Source: an uncultured delta proteobacterium (GTDB lineage: Bacteria; Desulfobacterota; Binatia; Binatales; Binataceae). Taken from it: a DNA stretch of 64,000 nucleotides. The translations under genes and the position numbers were made by a program. A model generated the notes under the pieces. That model was not told the DNA's origin. It did no database searches and was given only the letters and a program-made list of their open reading frames with translations. Positions 38,402 through 49,060 of the stretch are shown here, in pieces (within the stretch, counting starts at the first letter, position 1; every line of letters starts with the position of its first letter). The DNA lies in contig CAVXXK010000001.1 in assembly GCA_963765675.1 (NCBI GenBank), forward strand, positions 1,792,001 through 1,856,000, written 5' to 3'.

Positions 38402-39890
38402 GTGCTTCGCGCGCGCGAAATATCCAAGCGCTTCGGGCGGACGCTCGCGCTTGACCGCGTCGATTTCGAGGCGCATCCGGGCGAGATTCACGCGCTGGTC
38501 GGCGAGAATGGCGCGGGCAAAACCACGCTGATGAATATCATCGCGGGCCGCCTGCGCCCCGACGCGGGCGAGGCCTCGCTCGACGGCGCAACGCTGCGGC
38601 AAGGCTCGGCGGCAGGCGCACTCAGCGCGGGAATCGCGGCGGTGAATCAAAGCCCGCTGCTCTTCGAGCGCTTCACCTGGGAGGAAAATCTCGCGCTCGG
38701 CGGTTTTGACACTGCCGGATATGATTTGCCCGCGGTCGCGGCGCGTTCTCGCGCGCTCGCCGAAAAGCTCGGCTTCGTGCTGCCCCCGGCCGGGAGCACG
38801 ATCGAGCATCGCTCGGTGGCAGAGCGGGTGCGGCTCGAAGTGCTGCGCGCCCTGTCGTTTGATCCGCGCGTGCTGATTCTCGACGAGCCGACCGGAGTGA
38901 TGGCGCCCGCGGAACTCGCGCCATTTCTCGATCTGTTAAGGCGGCTGCGCGATGAGGGCAGGATCATCGTGCTGATCACGCACAAGCTCAGGGAGGCGCT
39001 CGCCGTCGCCGATCGTATCAGCGTGCTCCGTCAGGGCCGGATGGTTGCGAGCACCAAGCCTGCGGAAACGTCGGAGGCCGCGCTCGCCCGGATGATGATC
39101 GGCGATCTTACGATCGCGCCCGCCGCGCCGGAGACGCCCTCCGGGTCGCCAGTCCGTACGGGAGAAGTTGCACTGTCGATCGAAGATTTGTCGCTCGACC
39201 GTGACGGACATCGCGCGCTCGAGCAGCGTATCGCTGGTGCTGCATTCCGGCGAGATCGCGGGAGTTGCGGGCGTCGATGGCAACGGACAGACCGAGCTGG
39301 TCGAGGTTCTGGCGGGCGCGCGGGCCGCGCAGTCGGGCCACGTGATCGTCGCGAATACTCATGCGGGCGTTGCGCGCTCCGCGATGGCGGTGATTCCGGA
39401 AAATCGCGATCTCGATGGGCTCGTTCTCGATATGGCGCTGTGGGAGAACCTGCTGCTCGCGAGCCCGATACGCAATCTGGTCGCGCCGCGCGGATGGTTA
39501 AGCCGCGCACGCGCGGTCGAATTGTGCCGCGCGCTGCTCGAGCGGTTTCAGATTCGTGCGCCCGGTCCCGAGGCTCTCGCCTCCGCGCTGTCGGGCGGAA
39601 ACCGGCAGCGGCTCGAGGTTGCGCGCGCGGTCGCGTCGGAGCCGCGTGTAATCGTCGCACACAATGTCTGCCGCGGACTCGATCTCGCTGGCACCGCGGA
39701 GGTTCATCGCGCGCTGGTCGAATTCGCCGCGGCCGGCGGCGCCGTGCTGCTGGTCTCGAGCGATCTCGACGAATTGCTCGAGCTCTGCGCCCGGCTGTTC
39801 GTGATGAGCCGCGGGAGGTTGCGCGAGACCGCACCCGCCGATCGCGATCCCGCACGGCTCGGCATGTTGATGGCGGGGCACTTCGAGTAA
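38402..39890 (+). CDS. Double-domain ABC ATPase of the sugar/nucleoside (CUT2/Nup) type (frameshift near 39222)
   Basis: GENGAGKTT, ILDEPT, ITHKL; second domain GVDGNGQTE, LSGGN.Q, SSDLDE. Confidence 0.85.
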
Positions 39891-39896
39891 GGCGCA

Positions 39897-40967
39897 ATGA
39901 TCTCATCGATCGGAAAATCGATCGCGGCGCTGATTCTCGCCTGCGCGATCATCGCGGCGGTCGTGCTCGCCCTCGGCGCGTCTCCGATCGGAGTTTTCGC
40001 AGCGCTTTATGAAGGCGCATTCGGAACCTGGTACGCAACGGCCGATACGATCGTCAAATCCACGCCGCTTATTTTCACTGGTCTTGCGATCTCGATCTCG
40101 TTCTCGGGCGCGCTGTGGAATATCGGCGCCGATGGGCAACTGATCGCGGGCGCGATCGCCGCCGGGGCGATTGGCCCGTACCTCGGCGGATGGCCGCGGC
40201 CAATCGCGATTGTGCTCGTGCTCATCGCGGGCGCCGTCGGCGGCGCGGTGTGGGGAGGGATCTGCGGATGGCTTCGCGCGCGGCGCGACACCAACGAAGT
40301 TATCAGCACGATCATGATGAACTTCGTCGCGGCGCAACTGATTAGCTGGGTCGTGCACGGCCCGCTGATCGAGGCCTCGGGCGCGTATCCGCAAAGCATG
40401 GCGATTGCGCCGAGCGCGCGGATGTACATGCCGCTTGAGCCGACGCGGCTCAACCCCGCGATCGTGCTCGCGATCGTGCTGGCAATCGGATGCTACCTGT
40501 TGCTCTTTCACACCAGCATCGGATTCGAGCTGCGCGCGATGGGCCGCAACCGGCGCGCGGCGACCTTCTTCGGAATTCCGATCGCGCGGCTCACGATCGC
40601 GATCCTCGCGCTGTCAGGCGCGCTCGCAGGAATCGGCGGCGCGGTTCAGGTCTCGGCGATCACGCATCGGCTGTATGAGAAATTCTCGCCCGGATGGGGC
40701 TTCGAGGCGATCGCGGTTGCGCTGGTAGCGCGGCTGAATCCGCTCGGAATTATCGTCTCGGCAATTTTCTTTGGCGCGCTCGACAACGGCTCGCAGGCGA
40801 TGCAGCGCGCGCAGGGCGTCTCGCCGGTTCTGGTCCAGGTGATCCAGGGACTGGTGATCATGATCCTGCTCGCGTTCGATACTCCCGCGTGGTCGCGGAT
40901 TCGGGGACAGATATTCTCGCGCGACGCGCAGTCCGCGCCAGCCGCAGGAGCGCGCGCCGATGCTTGA
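39897..40967 (+). CDS. ABC transporter permease (nucleoside type)
   Basis: WNIGADGQ, NEVISTIMMNF, GFEAIAVALVA.LNP. Confidence 0.88.
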   Translation: MISSIGKSIAALILACAIIAAVVLALGASPIGVFAALYEGAFGTWYATADTIVKSTPLIFTGLAISISFSGALWNIGADGQLIAGAIAAGAIGPYLGGWPRPIAIVLVLIAGAVGGAVWGGICGWLRARRDTNEVISTIMMNFVAAQLISWVVHGPLIEASGAYPQSMAIAPSARMYMPLEPTRLNPAIVLAIVLAIGCYLLLFHTSIGFELRAMGRNRRAATFFGIPIARLTIAILALSGALAGIGGAVQVSAITHRLYEKFSPGWGFEAIAVALVARLNPLGIIVSAIFFGALDNGSQAMQRAQGVSPVLVQVIQGLVIMILLAFDTPAWSRIRGQIFSRDAQSAPAAGARADA

Positions 40968-41871
40968 CGCGTTCCTCAATTCGACGATCGCGATGGCGAC
41001 GCCCATCCTGCTCGCCGCGCTCGGCGAGCTGCTGGTCGAGGAAACCGGCGTCATCAATATCGGTATCGAGGGGGCGATGCTGTGCGGCGCGTTCTTCGCG
41101 ATGGCGGCCGCATACTTCACCGGCTCGACGCTGATTGGAATTGCGGCGGGAATCGCGGCCGGCGTCGCGATCAACGCTCTGCTCGCGCTGCTGGTGGTCA
41201 ATCTGTCGGTCAACCAGGTGGTCGCGGGCACCGCGCTGGATATTCTCGCGATCGGACTCACGGGAGTCTTTTACCGCCGGTTCTTCGGAATCACCGGAAT
41301 GGCTTTCATGGTCAAGCCGATGGCGCGGTTCGATTTCGGTCCGCTCACGCGGATTCCGATCCTCGGCGCCACGCTTTTTCATCATAACGCGTTCGTCTAT
41401 CTGACCTTCGCGATCATCCCTGTCATCGGGTTTATCGTGTGGCGCACGCATTACGGTCTGACGCTGCGGGCAGCGGGTGAACGCCCCGACGCGGCGGACG
41501 CGCTGGGGCTGGGAGTCTATCGCCTGCGATGGCATGCGCTGCTCGCGGCAGGCGTGCTGACGGGACTTTCCGGCGCGTACCTGACGCTCGCCTACGCGAA
41601 CACGTTTGTCGAAAATATTTCGGGTGGGCGCGGCTACGTTGCGCTGGCGGTGGTGATCCTCGGGCGATGGAATCCGTGGGGAATCGCGGCGGCAAGCGTG
41701 CTCTTCGGTGCCGCGATGGCATTGCAATTCGGCCTGCAGGCTCTCGGCACGGCGATCCCCTATCAGCTCTTTCTGGCGCTGCCCTATGCGCTCACACTCG
41801 TCGTGCTGGCCGGAGTAGGCGGCCAAGCCGCCTCGCCCTCCGCCCTCGGCGAGCCATATCGCCGTCCATAG
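40960..41871 (+). CDS. ABC transporter permease (nucleoside type)
   Basis: LGEL..E..GVINIG.EG.ML, GRGYVALA.VI.G.W.P, LPY.LT. Confidence 0.88.
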   Translation: MLDAFLNSTIAMATPILLAALGELLVEETGVINIGIEGAMLCGAFFAMAAAYFTGSTLIGIAAGIAAGVAINALLALLVVNLSVNQVVAGTALDILAIGLTGVFYRRFFGITGMAFMVKPMARFDFGPLTRIPILGATLFHHNAFVYLTFAIIPVIGFIVWRTHYGLTLRAAGERPDAADALGLGVYRLRWHALLAAGVLTGLSGAYLTLAYANTFVENISGGRGYVALAVVILGRWNPWGIAAASVLFGAAMALQFGLQALGTAIPYQLFLALPYALTLVVLAGVGGQAASPSALGEPYRRP

Positions 41872-41926
41872 CGGAGACCCGGAAGCTATCGCATCGACGC
41901 CGCGCTCGGGTATGATTACCCACAAG

Positions 41927-42199
41927 ATGCCGTCGCCCGAGCCAATCGCGTCGACCTTTCCGGTCGCGTTCTGCAAAGGATGCGGCAAGAGCGTCGTCAC
42001 CTGCGTCGCGCTCGACGACGACGGTCTCGAGCGACGCCTGTGCGCGCATTGCGACGCGCCGATCGCTGCCGACATCGAATGGATCAGCGCGACGGAGCTC
42101 GAATCGACCGGCTACTATATCGGCACTCCCAGCGCCCCGCGCGCCGGTGGATGCGGCGGCGGATGTTCGAGCGGTGCCTGCGGCACCCGCAAGCATTAG
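41927..42199 (+). CDS. Small Cys-rich zinc-ribbon-like protein
   Basis: CKGC, CAHC and GGCGGGCSSGACG tail. TATGAT -10-like box at 41911 favours start 41927 over 41912. Confidence 0.72.
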   Translation: MPSPEPIASTFPVAFCKGCGKSVVTCVALDDDGLERRLCAHCDAPIAADIEWISATELESTGYYIGTPSAPRAGGCGGGCSSGACGTRKH

Positions 42200-42424
42200 A
42201 TCGAACACTTTCTCAGAAGCGAAGCCGAAGCGATCCCGGATCTACATATAGTCTGCGATTGGCAAGCTGGCCGACGAGCCGTCGGCCGCCACTGATATAA
42301 GGAACTAATATGCCAGTGGTGGCGGACGGCCCGTCCGCCCAGTGAGGAATTACGATTCCTGGGTCTTGCTTCTTGCTCATTTCCACTGAGTAGATGTCGC
42401 GTTCGATATTGGCTTCGATCGATA

Positions 42425-42499
42425 TCAGGTCAGATCGGTAAACGGATTGAATGCCACTTCCCACAGGTGGCCGTCGAGGTCTGCGAAGTAACCGGAGTA
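42425..42499 (-). pseudogene. C-terminal remnant of a VOC/glyoxalase gene
   Basis: Reads YSGYFADLDGHLWEVAFNPFTDLT*. No start codon; in-frame TAG three codons upstream. Confidence 0.7.
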
Positions 42500-42522
42500 G
42501 GGTTCCTCCTATCCTTGGCTTG

Positions 42523-42999
42523 TCAGATGAGCGCGCCGGTCTGGCGCAGCGCTTCGTAGACGACGATCGAAACCGCGTTGGCGATGTTCAGGCTGCGCAC
42601 ACCGTGCTCAAAGATCGGAATCTGATAGGCGTGGTCCGCGCGCTCGGCGATGAACTCGCGTCCGAGCCCCTTGGTCTCGCTTCCGAACATGAGGAAGTCG
42701 CCGCGAGCATAGTTCGCCGCGAGATAATTCTTCTCGGCGCGCGCGGAAAAGAATTTCGCCGGCGGCGCGGGATGCGTGCGCGCGAACTCCTCCCAATCGC
42801 GGTAGGTTTGCAGATCGACCAGCGGCCAGTAGTCCAGTCCCGCGCGCTTCAGGTATCGATCTTCGAGTGAGAAGCCCAGCGGTCCCACCAGATGCAATCG
42901 CGTGCGCGTAGCCGCCGCCAGCCTTGCGATCGAGCCGGTGTTCTGCGGAATTTCCGGACGCACGAGCACGATATGCAGATACGGGTCCGCCAGGTGCAT
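42523..42999 (-). CDS. trmL: tRNA (cytidine/uridine(34)-2'-O)-methyltransferase
   Basis: PEIPQNTG, RAGLDYW, FGSETKGL, RSLN.A SpoU motifs. Confidence 0.92.
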   Translation of the reverse strand: MHLADPYLHIVLVRPEIPQNTGSIARLAAATRTRLHLVGPLGFSLEDRYLKRAGLDYWPLVDLQTYRDWEEFARTHPAPPAKFFSARAEKNYLAANYARGDFLMFGSETKGLGREFIAERADHAYQIPIFEHGVRSLNIANAVSIVVYEALRQTGALI

Positions 43000-43002
43000 C
43001 GC

Positions 43003-43482
43003 TCAGCCGCGCGCTCCTTCGGGCGCGCCCGCGATCGGATGGCGGGCGCCGCGAATCCGCAGGTAGAAGCGGCCCGAGTCGTCGGATTCGAGCCGGTCCG
43101 CCAGATGATAGTAAGCGTTGCGCAGAAACCGCGCGCGATACGCACCGTCCTTCACCCGCGCGTAAAGTACGTTGCCCGCGCCGACTTCGAGCGTGGCGGG
43201 ATCCAGCTCCTCGTGGGTGTCATCGTTCAGCACCGCGATAAATCCGCCCAGCTCGTCGTCTTCGAGCGTGCGCACGACGAAGGGTGTGTCCTCGACGGTG
43301 ATCGACGCGCGCTCGTCGCCGACTTTAAGGAAGTACGAGCCGTCCGGGTTCTGCTGGATCGATTGGCTGAACAGCGTCGCGATGCGCGGATTGTCGATCC
43401 GCTCTTCGTCTGTGTACCAGTTGCCGTCGCGCCGGAAGGAAATCTTGCCCGACTCGACCGCATAGAATCCGGCTTTGGGCAT
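43003..43482 (-). CDS. DUF1285-like protein
   Basis: I...DG.WY....I....I..LF, I.VED.PF.V, ARF.R..YY.L. Confidence 0.7.
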   Translation of the reverse strand: MPKAGFYAVESGKISFRRDGNWYTDEERIDNPRIATLFSQSIQQNPDGSYFLKVGDERASITVEDTPFVVRTLEDDELGGFIAVLNDDTHEELDPATLEVGAGNVLYARVKDGAYRARFLRNAYYHLADRLESDDSGRFYLRIRGARHPIAGAPEGARG

Positions 43483-43497
43483 CGGAGTTACCGGGAG

Positions 43498-43983
43498 TTA
43501 AAGGATGCTCCTTAATTGCACCTTAAATGCGCCGTATTTTCGGTCGCGGCTGTCCAGGATTATTGTCACCGGCCCGTCGTTGACCAGCTCCAGTTCCATC
43601 GCCGCGCCGAACTCGCCTGTCTCAACCCTAACACCGCGCTCCCGGACGAGCCAGATAAAGTGCTCGTAGAGGCGGCGCGCGTCTTCCGGCGCAGCCGCAT
43701 CGGTAAACGACGGTCGTCGTCCCGCGCCGGTATCAGCCAGCAGCGTGAATTGCGAAACCACCAGAAGCGCGCCGTTCACCGCGTCGAGCGCGAGGTTCAT
43801 CTTGCCGGCATCGTCGGCGAACACGCGCATCTTGAGCGTCCGATCGGCGATGAAGCGCGCGTCGGCCTCGCTATCTCCGGCAGCCACGCCAAGCAGAAGC
43901 ACGAAGCCCTGACCAATTTGGCCAAGATGCCTGCCGCCGCTGTTTACCTGCGCGCGGCTGACGCGTTGAACAATCGCACGCAC
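43498..43983 (-). CDS. dtd: D-aminoacyl-tRNA deacylase
   Basis: RAIVQRV, VSQFTL, G.RPSF, NDGPVT. Confidence 0.95.
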   Translation of the reverse strand: MRAIVQRVSRAQVNSGGRHLGQIGQGFVLLLGVAAGDSEADARFIADRTLKMRVFADDAGKMNLALDAVNGALLVVSQFTLLADTGAGRRPSFTDAAAPEDARRLYEHFIWLVRERGVRVETGEFGAAMELELVNDGPVTIILDSRDRKYGAFKVQLRSIL

Positions 43984-44105
43984 AAATCCGTCAATATCAT
44001 GGCAGGACCGAAATCTAGCAAGTCTTATGACCCACCTCGCTGATTGGGCTGCTCAAGATCCGGTTGTTCGACCCGGTCACCCGCGTACTATACTGTGATG
44101 CGTCG

Positions 44106-44942
44106 ATGATCCCCGTCCTGTTTCATATCGGTCCGCTCACGGTTTACAGCTACGGCCTGATGATGGCGCTGGGTTTTCTGGCCGCCGATTGGGTGGTGAC
44201 GCTCGAGTGCCGCCGCCGCTCGCTGCCGGCCGACTACGCGTCGTCGATGATCGTGTGGGCGGCGATTGCCGGAATCGCGGCTTCGCGTCTGCTCGATATC
44301 TTCAACAATTTCTCGAGCTACATGGCCGACCCGAAGTCGATGATCTTTTCCGGCTCCGGATTCGTCTGGTACGGCGGGATGATCGGCGGTATCGCCGCGG
44401 TTTACGTAGTCTCGCGCCGTTACAAGATCCCGTTCCTGCAGACCGCCGACATGGCCGCTCCCGCACTTGCGATCGGGCAGGCAATCGGGCGGCTCGGATG
44501 CCTGACGTCTGGCGACGGCGATTGGGGGCTGCCCTCGACCCTTCCGTGGGCGATGTCTTTCCCCAAGGCGATTGTCGGATGGAACTCCGACACCGTGCTC
44601 AAGCTTGGACCGGGCGGGACTCTGGTTTCGGGATATTTTCCCGGCGTGCGGGTGCATCCGACACCGATTTACGAGGCGATCCTCTACGCCGGCGTGTTCC
44701 TGCTTCTATGGAGCCTGCGCAAGAAGGGTCTCGCGGATGGCCGCCTGCTCTATCTGTACCTGATGCTGGCAGGACTCGCGCGCTTTATGGTCGAATTCCT
44801 GCGCATCAACCCGCGCGTGTTCGCAGAGCTGAGCGAGGCGCAGGTCATCGCAATCGGGATGATGATCGTCGGAGGGATCGGGTGGTTGCTTTCGGGGGAA
44901 AAGCATAGCGCGACGGAATCCAAGGAGGCCGTGCGCGCCTGA
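44106..44942 (+). CDS. lgt: Prolipoprotein diacylglyceryl transferase
   Basis: YGLM, WYGG, GQAIGRLGC, HPTPIYE, RFMVEFLR. Confidence 0.92.
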   Translation: MIPVLFHIGPLTVYSYGLMMALGFLAADWVVTLECRRRSLPADYASSMIVWAAIAGIAASRLLDIFNNFSSYMADPKSMIFSGSGFVWYGGMIGGIAAVYVVSRRYKIPFLQTADMAAPALAIGQAIGRLGCLTSGDGDWGLPSTLPWAMSFPKAIVGWNSDTVLKLGPGGTLVSGYFPGVRVHPTPIYEAILYAGVFLLLWSLRKKGLADGRLLYLYLMLAGLARFMVEFLRINPRVFAELSEAQVIAIGMMIVGGIGWLLSGEKHSATESKEAVRA

Positions 44943-44944
44943 CG

Positions 44945-45514
44945 ATGAACCGGTCCTTGCAGATAATCGCGATCGTTGCTGTCGCCGCTGGTGTGACGCT
45001 GATCGTGGCGAGTACCCTGCGCAAGCCCGGGCCGAATATCGGAGAGTCTGCGCGGCAAGAGCAGCAGGTGGTTCCCGCTGGAGACAAAGCCGCCGATTTC
45101 AAGCTCGAACAATTGAACGGAACCACGCTTTCACTCGATCAACTGAAGGGCAAGGTGGTGTTCTTGAACATCTGGGCGACGTGGTGCGGACCGTGCCGCG
45201 AGGAAATGCCCTCGATGGAAACGCTGTACGACGAGATGAAGGGCAACAAAGATTTCGTGATGCTGGCTGTCAGCCAGGATACCAAGGGCCGCAGCGTGGT
45301 CGCTCCCTATATCGCGCAGTACGGCTATAACTTTACGGTCCTGCTCGATCCGGAGAACAAGGTAGGCGAATCCTACGACGTGTCGGGCGTTCCTGAGACT
45401 TTCATTATCGACCGCAAGGGCCAGATCGTGGCGCATCATATGGGCGCATTCGATTGGTCGCGGCCCGACGTAAAGGACGCCCTTAAGGAATTGCTGGACT
45501 CAAAGGAAGGCTAA
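44945..45514 (+). CDS. TlpA/ResA-family thiol-disulfide oxidoreductase
   Basis: N-terminal membrane anchor, WATWCGPC..EMP, VPETFIID. Confidence 0.9.
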   Translation: MNRSLQIIAIVAVAAGVTLIVASTLRKPGPNIGESARQEQQVVPAGDKAADFKLEQLNGTTLSLDQLKGKVVFLNIWATWCGPCREEMPSMETLYDEMKGNKDFVMLAVSQDTKGRSVVAPYIAQYGYNFTVLLDPENKVGESYDVSGVPETFIIDRKGQIVAHHMGAFDWSRPDVKDALKELLDSKEG

Positions 45515-45623
45515 CCAGAAATCAAGCAAGCAGGCGCGGCGCGCGAGAACGGGCCCTCCACCCCTGTGCATCGAAGCCGCCCTTCTGCTTAAATGATCAG
45601 ACCCAATCCCCGACGGGTGGTGA

Positions 45624-47034
45624 ATGTCAGTATTTAAGCGAAATCGATGGGCTATCATGCTGGCGGTCTTCTTGATCGCCTGCTTCATGGGACTCGAGGA
45701 GATCGCGGTGCGCCGCGCGCAGGCGCTGCCGAACGATACCTACCAACAGCTCGAAACCTTCGCCAATGTTCTTGCGATCGTGCAGAAGAACTATGTCGAG
45801 CCGGTCTCAACCAAGGACCTGATCGACGGCGCGATCACCGGGATGCTGGCGTCGCTCGATCCGCACAGCGCCTACCTGACCCCAGAGCTCTATCGCGACC
45901 TCGAGGTAGAAACCCGCGGCAGCTTTGGCGGATTGGGAATCGAAATCACGATCAAGGACGGAATGCTTACCGTCGTCGCGCCGATCGAAGATACTCCCGG
46001 CCTATCGCGCGGGGATCAAGGCCGGCGATCAGATCATCAAGATCGATAACGACTTCACCAAGGACATGACCCTGACCGACGCGGTCAAGCGGATGCGCGG
46101 TCCTCGTGGCAGCAAGATCAAGCTCACGATTCATCGCATCGGAGTGCCGGAAATGTTCACGGTCACGATGGCGCGGGACGTGATCAAGATCCAGTCAGTT
46201 AAATCCAAGCAACTGGAAGACGGCTACTCGTACCTGCGCATCACGACCTTCCAGGAAGCAACCGATGACGGCGTGGAAAAAGCGATCGAGCAGTTCGACA
46301 AAGACGGCCACGGCAGGATCAAGGGCCTGGTGCTCGACCTGCGCGACAACCCGGGCGGATTGCTGAATCAAGCGGTCAAGGTCTCGGACGATTTTCTCGA
46401 CGGCGGGATGATCGTCTATACGCAGGGGCGGCTCGAGAATCAGCAGCAGAAATATTTTTCGCACAAGAAAAAAGACTTTGACGACTATCCGATGGTGGTG
46501 CTGGTAAACGGCGGCAGCGCCAGCGCCAGCGAAATCGTCGCGGGCGCATTGCAGGATCAGAAACGCGCCGTGATCGTCGGCACCCAGACCTTCGGCAAAG
46601 GCTCGGTCCAGACCATCCTGCCGCTCGATGATCAATCCGCCCTGCGCCTGACCACCGCGCGCTATTTCACCCCGAACGGCCGCTCGATCCAGGCCGTCGG
46701 CATCACGCCGGATGTCGATATCGAACCGCCCAAGCCGACGCTCGCGGCGCTCGAGATTCCGGGCGTGCAGATGGACGAGGACGAAGAAATCCACGAGCGC
46801 GATCTGCCGCATCATTTCAAAAACAGGCAGCTTCAGAAAAAGCCCAAGAGCACCAGCGAAGCCGAGCCCCCTTCGGACCAGACTTCTCCGGCCGTTGCCG
46901 GCGCCAAGCCCGGCAAGCCGGAAAAGGACGTCCAGCTCGAAAAAGCGATCGACATCCTGAAGCACTGGAACACCTTCAAGCTTCAGCTCGCCAAGGGCGA
47001 TATCCAACCGGACGCGACCGCGAAGAACCAGTAG
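45624..47034 (+). CDS. ctpA: S41 carboxyl-terminal protease CtpA (frameshift near 45998, in the PDZ domain)
   Basis: LDPHSAY, FGGLGI, then PA.RAGIKAGD, DLRDNPGGLL, SASASEI, TFGKGSVQ. Confidence 0.88.
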
Positions 47035-47062
47035 CGCGCGCATCCGCTCCGTATCGAAGCAC

Positions 47063-47096
47063 ACAGGGCCTGCTCTCACGCAGGCCCTGTTTTTTT
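47063..47096 (+). terminator. Rho-independent terminator after ctpA
   Basis: ACAGGGCCTGC-TCTCAC-GCAGGCCCTGT followed by TTTTTT. Confidence 0.88.
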
Positions 47097-47141
47097 GCGG
47101 CAGTCGAAAACGAATCCGGATGGGAATAATCAGATGAAGCG

Positions 47142-47819
47142 ATGAGCCTGAATTTCCTGATCACGGGAACCGATGCCGGCGTCGGCAAGAGCACCGTCGG
47201 ATGCGCGGCCGGCTTTGCGCTGCGTGCGCGGGCAATGCGCGTCGGAGTTATGAAGCCTTGCGAAACCGGATGCGAAGAGCGTGCGGGAATCCTCGAGCCT
47301 CGCGACGCACGCGCCCTGGCGCTCGCGTCAGGATGCGATCTGCCGCTCGATTTGATTTGTCCGTACCGCTATCGCTCGCCGCTCGCGCCGCCGGCCGCGG
47401 CGGAACTCGACTCGGCCGCATCGCCGGATCCCGCGCATATCGTCGAGTGCTTTCGGAAGATCGAATCCGCGAGCGACGCGGTACTCGTCGAAGGCGTTGG
47501 GGGGCTGGCTGTGCCGATCGCGTGGGGTTTCGATTCCGCCGACCTGGCGGCGAAGCTCGACCTGCCGTTGATCATCGTGATCGCGAACCAGCCCGGATGC
47601 CTCAACGCCGCGGCGCTGACGCTCAACTATGCGCGGAGCAAACGGCTCAAGATCGCGGGATGGCTGCTGAACGACGTCGATCCTGCGCTGACCCTCGCGT
47701 CTTCGACCAACGCCGCTTCGCTCGCGCGAATGACGGATGTCGCGTGCCTGGGCATGATGCGCCATAAGGAACCACTCGCGAAGTCAGTTATCGAAAAGTT
47801 GCTCGCCTACCGCTCCTGA
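47142..47819 (+). CDS. bioD: Dethiobiotin synthetase
   Basis: ITGTDAGVGKS, KP.ETG, VEGVGG. Confidence 0.9.
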   Translation: MSLNFLITGTDAGVGKSTVGCAAGFALRARAMRVGVMKPCETGCEERAGILEPRDARALALASGCDLPLDLICPYRYRSPLAPPAAAELDSAASPDPAHIVECFRKIESASDAVLVEGVGGLAVPIAWGFDSADLAAKLDLPLIIVIANQPGCLNAAALTLNYARSKRLKIAGWLLNDVDPALTLASSTNAASLARMTDVACLGMMRHKEPLAKSVIEKLLAYRS

Positions 47820-47869
47820 CGTCACCAGCGCCGCAAAACGTCGGGTTGTGGCGTTAGCAATGCTGACTT

Positions 47870-48202
47870 GTCATTCCCGCGCGCGTGGCCGCCGCGCGCG
47901 AGAGCCTGTCTGAGCAACGCCGAAGGAAATCCCGGACGAACGTCCGCTGCACGTGGACGTAGCTCGGAGCACGGCCGCTCCGGGATTTCTCCCCTCCGGT
48001 CGAAATGACGGACGTGGGCTCCGTGCAAGAATACCGTAGTCTCAGCCGAGCCCACGACCGTCATTCCGAGCCGTAGGCGAGGAATCCCGAGGCGGCCGTG
48101 CTCTGAGTCACTCGTATGCAGTGCCCGCTCGCTCGGGATTTCCTTCGGCGTTGCTCAGGACAGGCTCTCGCGCGGCAGCGCGCGAGAATGACAACCGTGA
48201 AA
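47870..48202. repeat. Composite four-unit GTCATT-type palindromic element
   Basis: L-R-L-R units. Both outer units carry the GAGCCTGTC(C)TGAGCAACGCCGAAGG insert. Linkers match the 25.8 and 58.8 kb copies. Confidence 0.88.
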
Positions 48203-48269
48203 ATGCCGGGTTGTCTGCAATAGCGGCGCGGCGTATGGTTAGTTGCAAAATGAAACTGAGGTGACCGCC

Positions 48270-49058
48270 ATGAGCGAGCCCCAAAAAGCAGGAGAAGTTC
48301 GGCACGAAGTTGATGGGCGAATCTTCAAAATCGTGATCGACAACGTCGCCAAGCGAAATTCATTCACCCCCGAAATGATGCAGCAGCTTTCGGAGGCGCT
48401 CACCGAATACGACCGGAATGACGATTATTGGGTCGCCGTTTTGTGCGCCGACGGCGACCATTTCACCGCCGGCCTCGACATGCCGAAGTTCTTTGGCCCC
48501 GGCGCGGTCGCGAAGCCAATCCCCGAGAAAAACCTGGATCCGTTCGCGTTGCGCAATCGATCGATCAAGCCGATCGTTACCGCGGTGCAGGGCATCACGT
48601 ACACGATCGGCATCGAGATGATGCTGGCCGGCGATATCGTGGTTGCAGCCGATACCGCGCGATTCTGCCAGATGGAATCGCGGCGGGGTATCGCACCTCT
48701 CGGCGGAGCGCACTTTCGCTTTCTCACACGCACTGGATGGGGCAACGCGATGTACCACCTGATGCTCTGTGATGAGTTCGGCGCGCATCGCGCGCTCGAA
48801 ATCGGGCTGGTTCAGGAGGTCGTTCCAGCCGGGACGCAAATCGATCGTGCGGTCGAACTCGCGAGGCTGATCAGCAAGAACGCGCCGCTGGGAATTCGCG
48901 CGATGAAACAGGCCGCACTCAAATACCTCGAGGCTGGCGAACGCTCCGCCGTGGCCGCGATCGCGACGGTCAGAGACCGGGTGATGGACAGCGAGGACGC
49001 GAAAGAGGGGATTCGTTCGTTCGTCGAACGACGCGAGGCCCGATTCGAGGGAAAATAA
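48270..49058 (+). CDS. Enoyl-CoA hydratase/crotonase family protein
   Basis: FTAGLD, KPIVTAVQG, E..RGI.P.GG, SEDAKEG..SF.ERR. Confidence 0.9.
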   Translation: MSEPQKAGEVRHEVDGRIFKIVIDNVAKRNSFTPEMMQQLSEALTEYDRNDDYWVAVLCADGDHFTAGLDMPKFFGPGAVAKPIPEKNLDPFALRNRSIKPIVTAVQGITYTIGIEMMLAGDIVVAADTARFCQMESRRGIAPLGGAHFRFLTRTGWGNAMYHLMLCDEFGAHRALEIGLVQEVVPAGTQIDRAVELARLISKNAPLGIRAMKQAALKYLEAGERSAVAAIATVRDRVMDSEDAKEGIRSFVERREARFEGK

Positions 49059-49060
49059 GA

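Noticed and set aside
36257-38809. 850-aa minus-strand ORF, and similar long shadow ORFs (12363-13883 +, 29447-30964 -, 53047-54720 -, 61873-62931 -, 62586-63722 -)
   Set aside because: They are antisense to genes with clear motifs, have no recognisable domains, and are expected from stop-codon scarcity at high GC.
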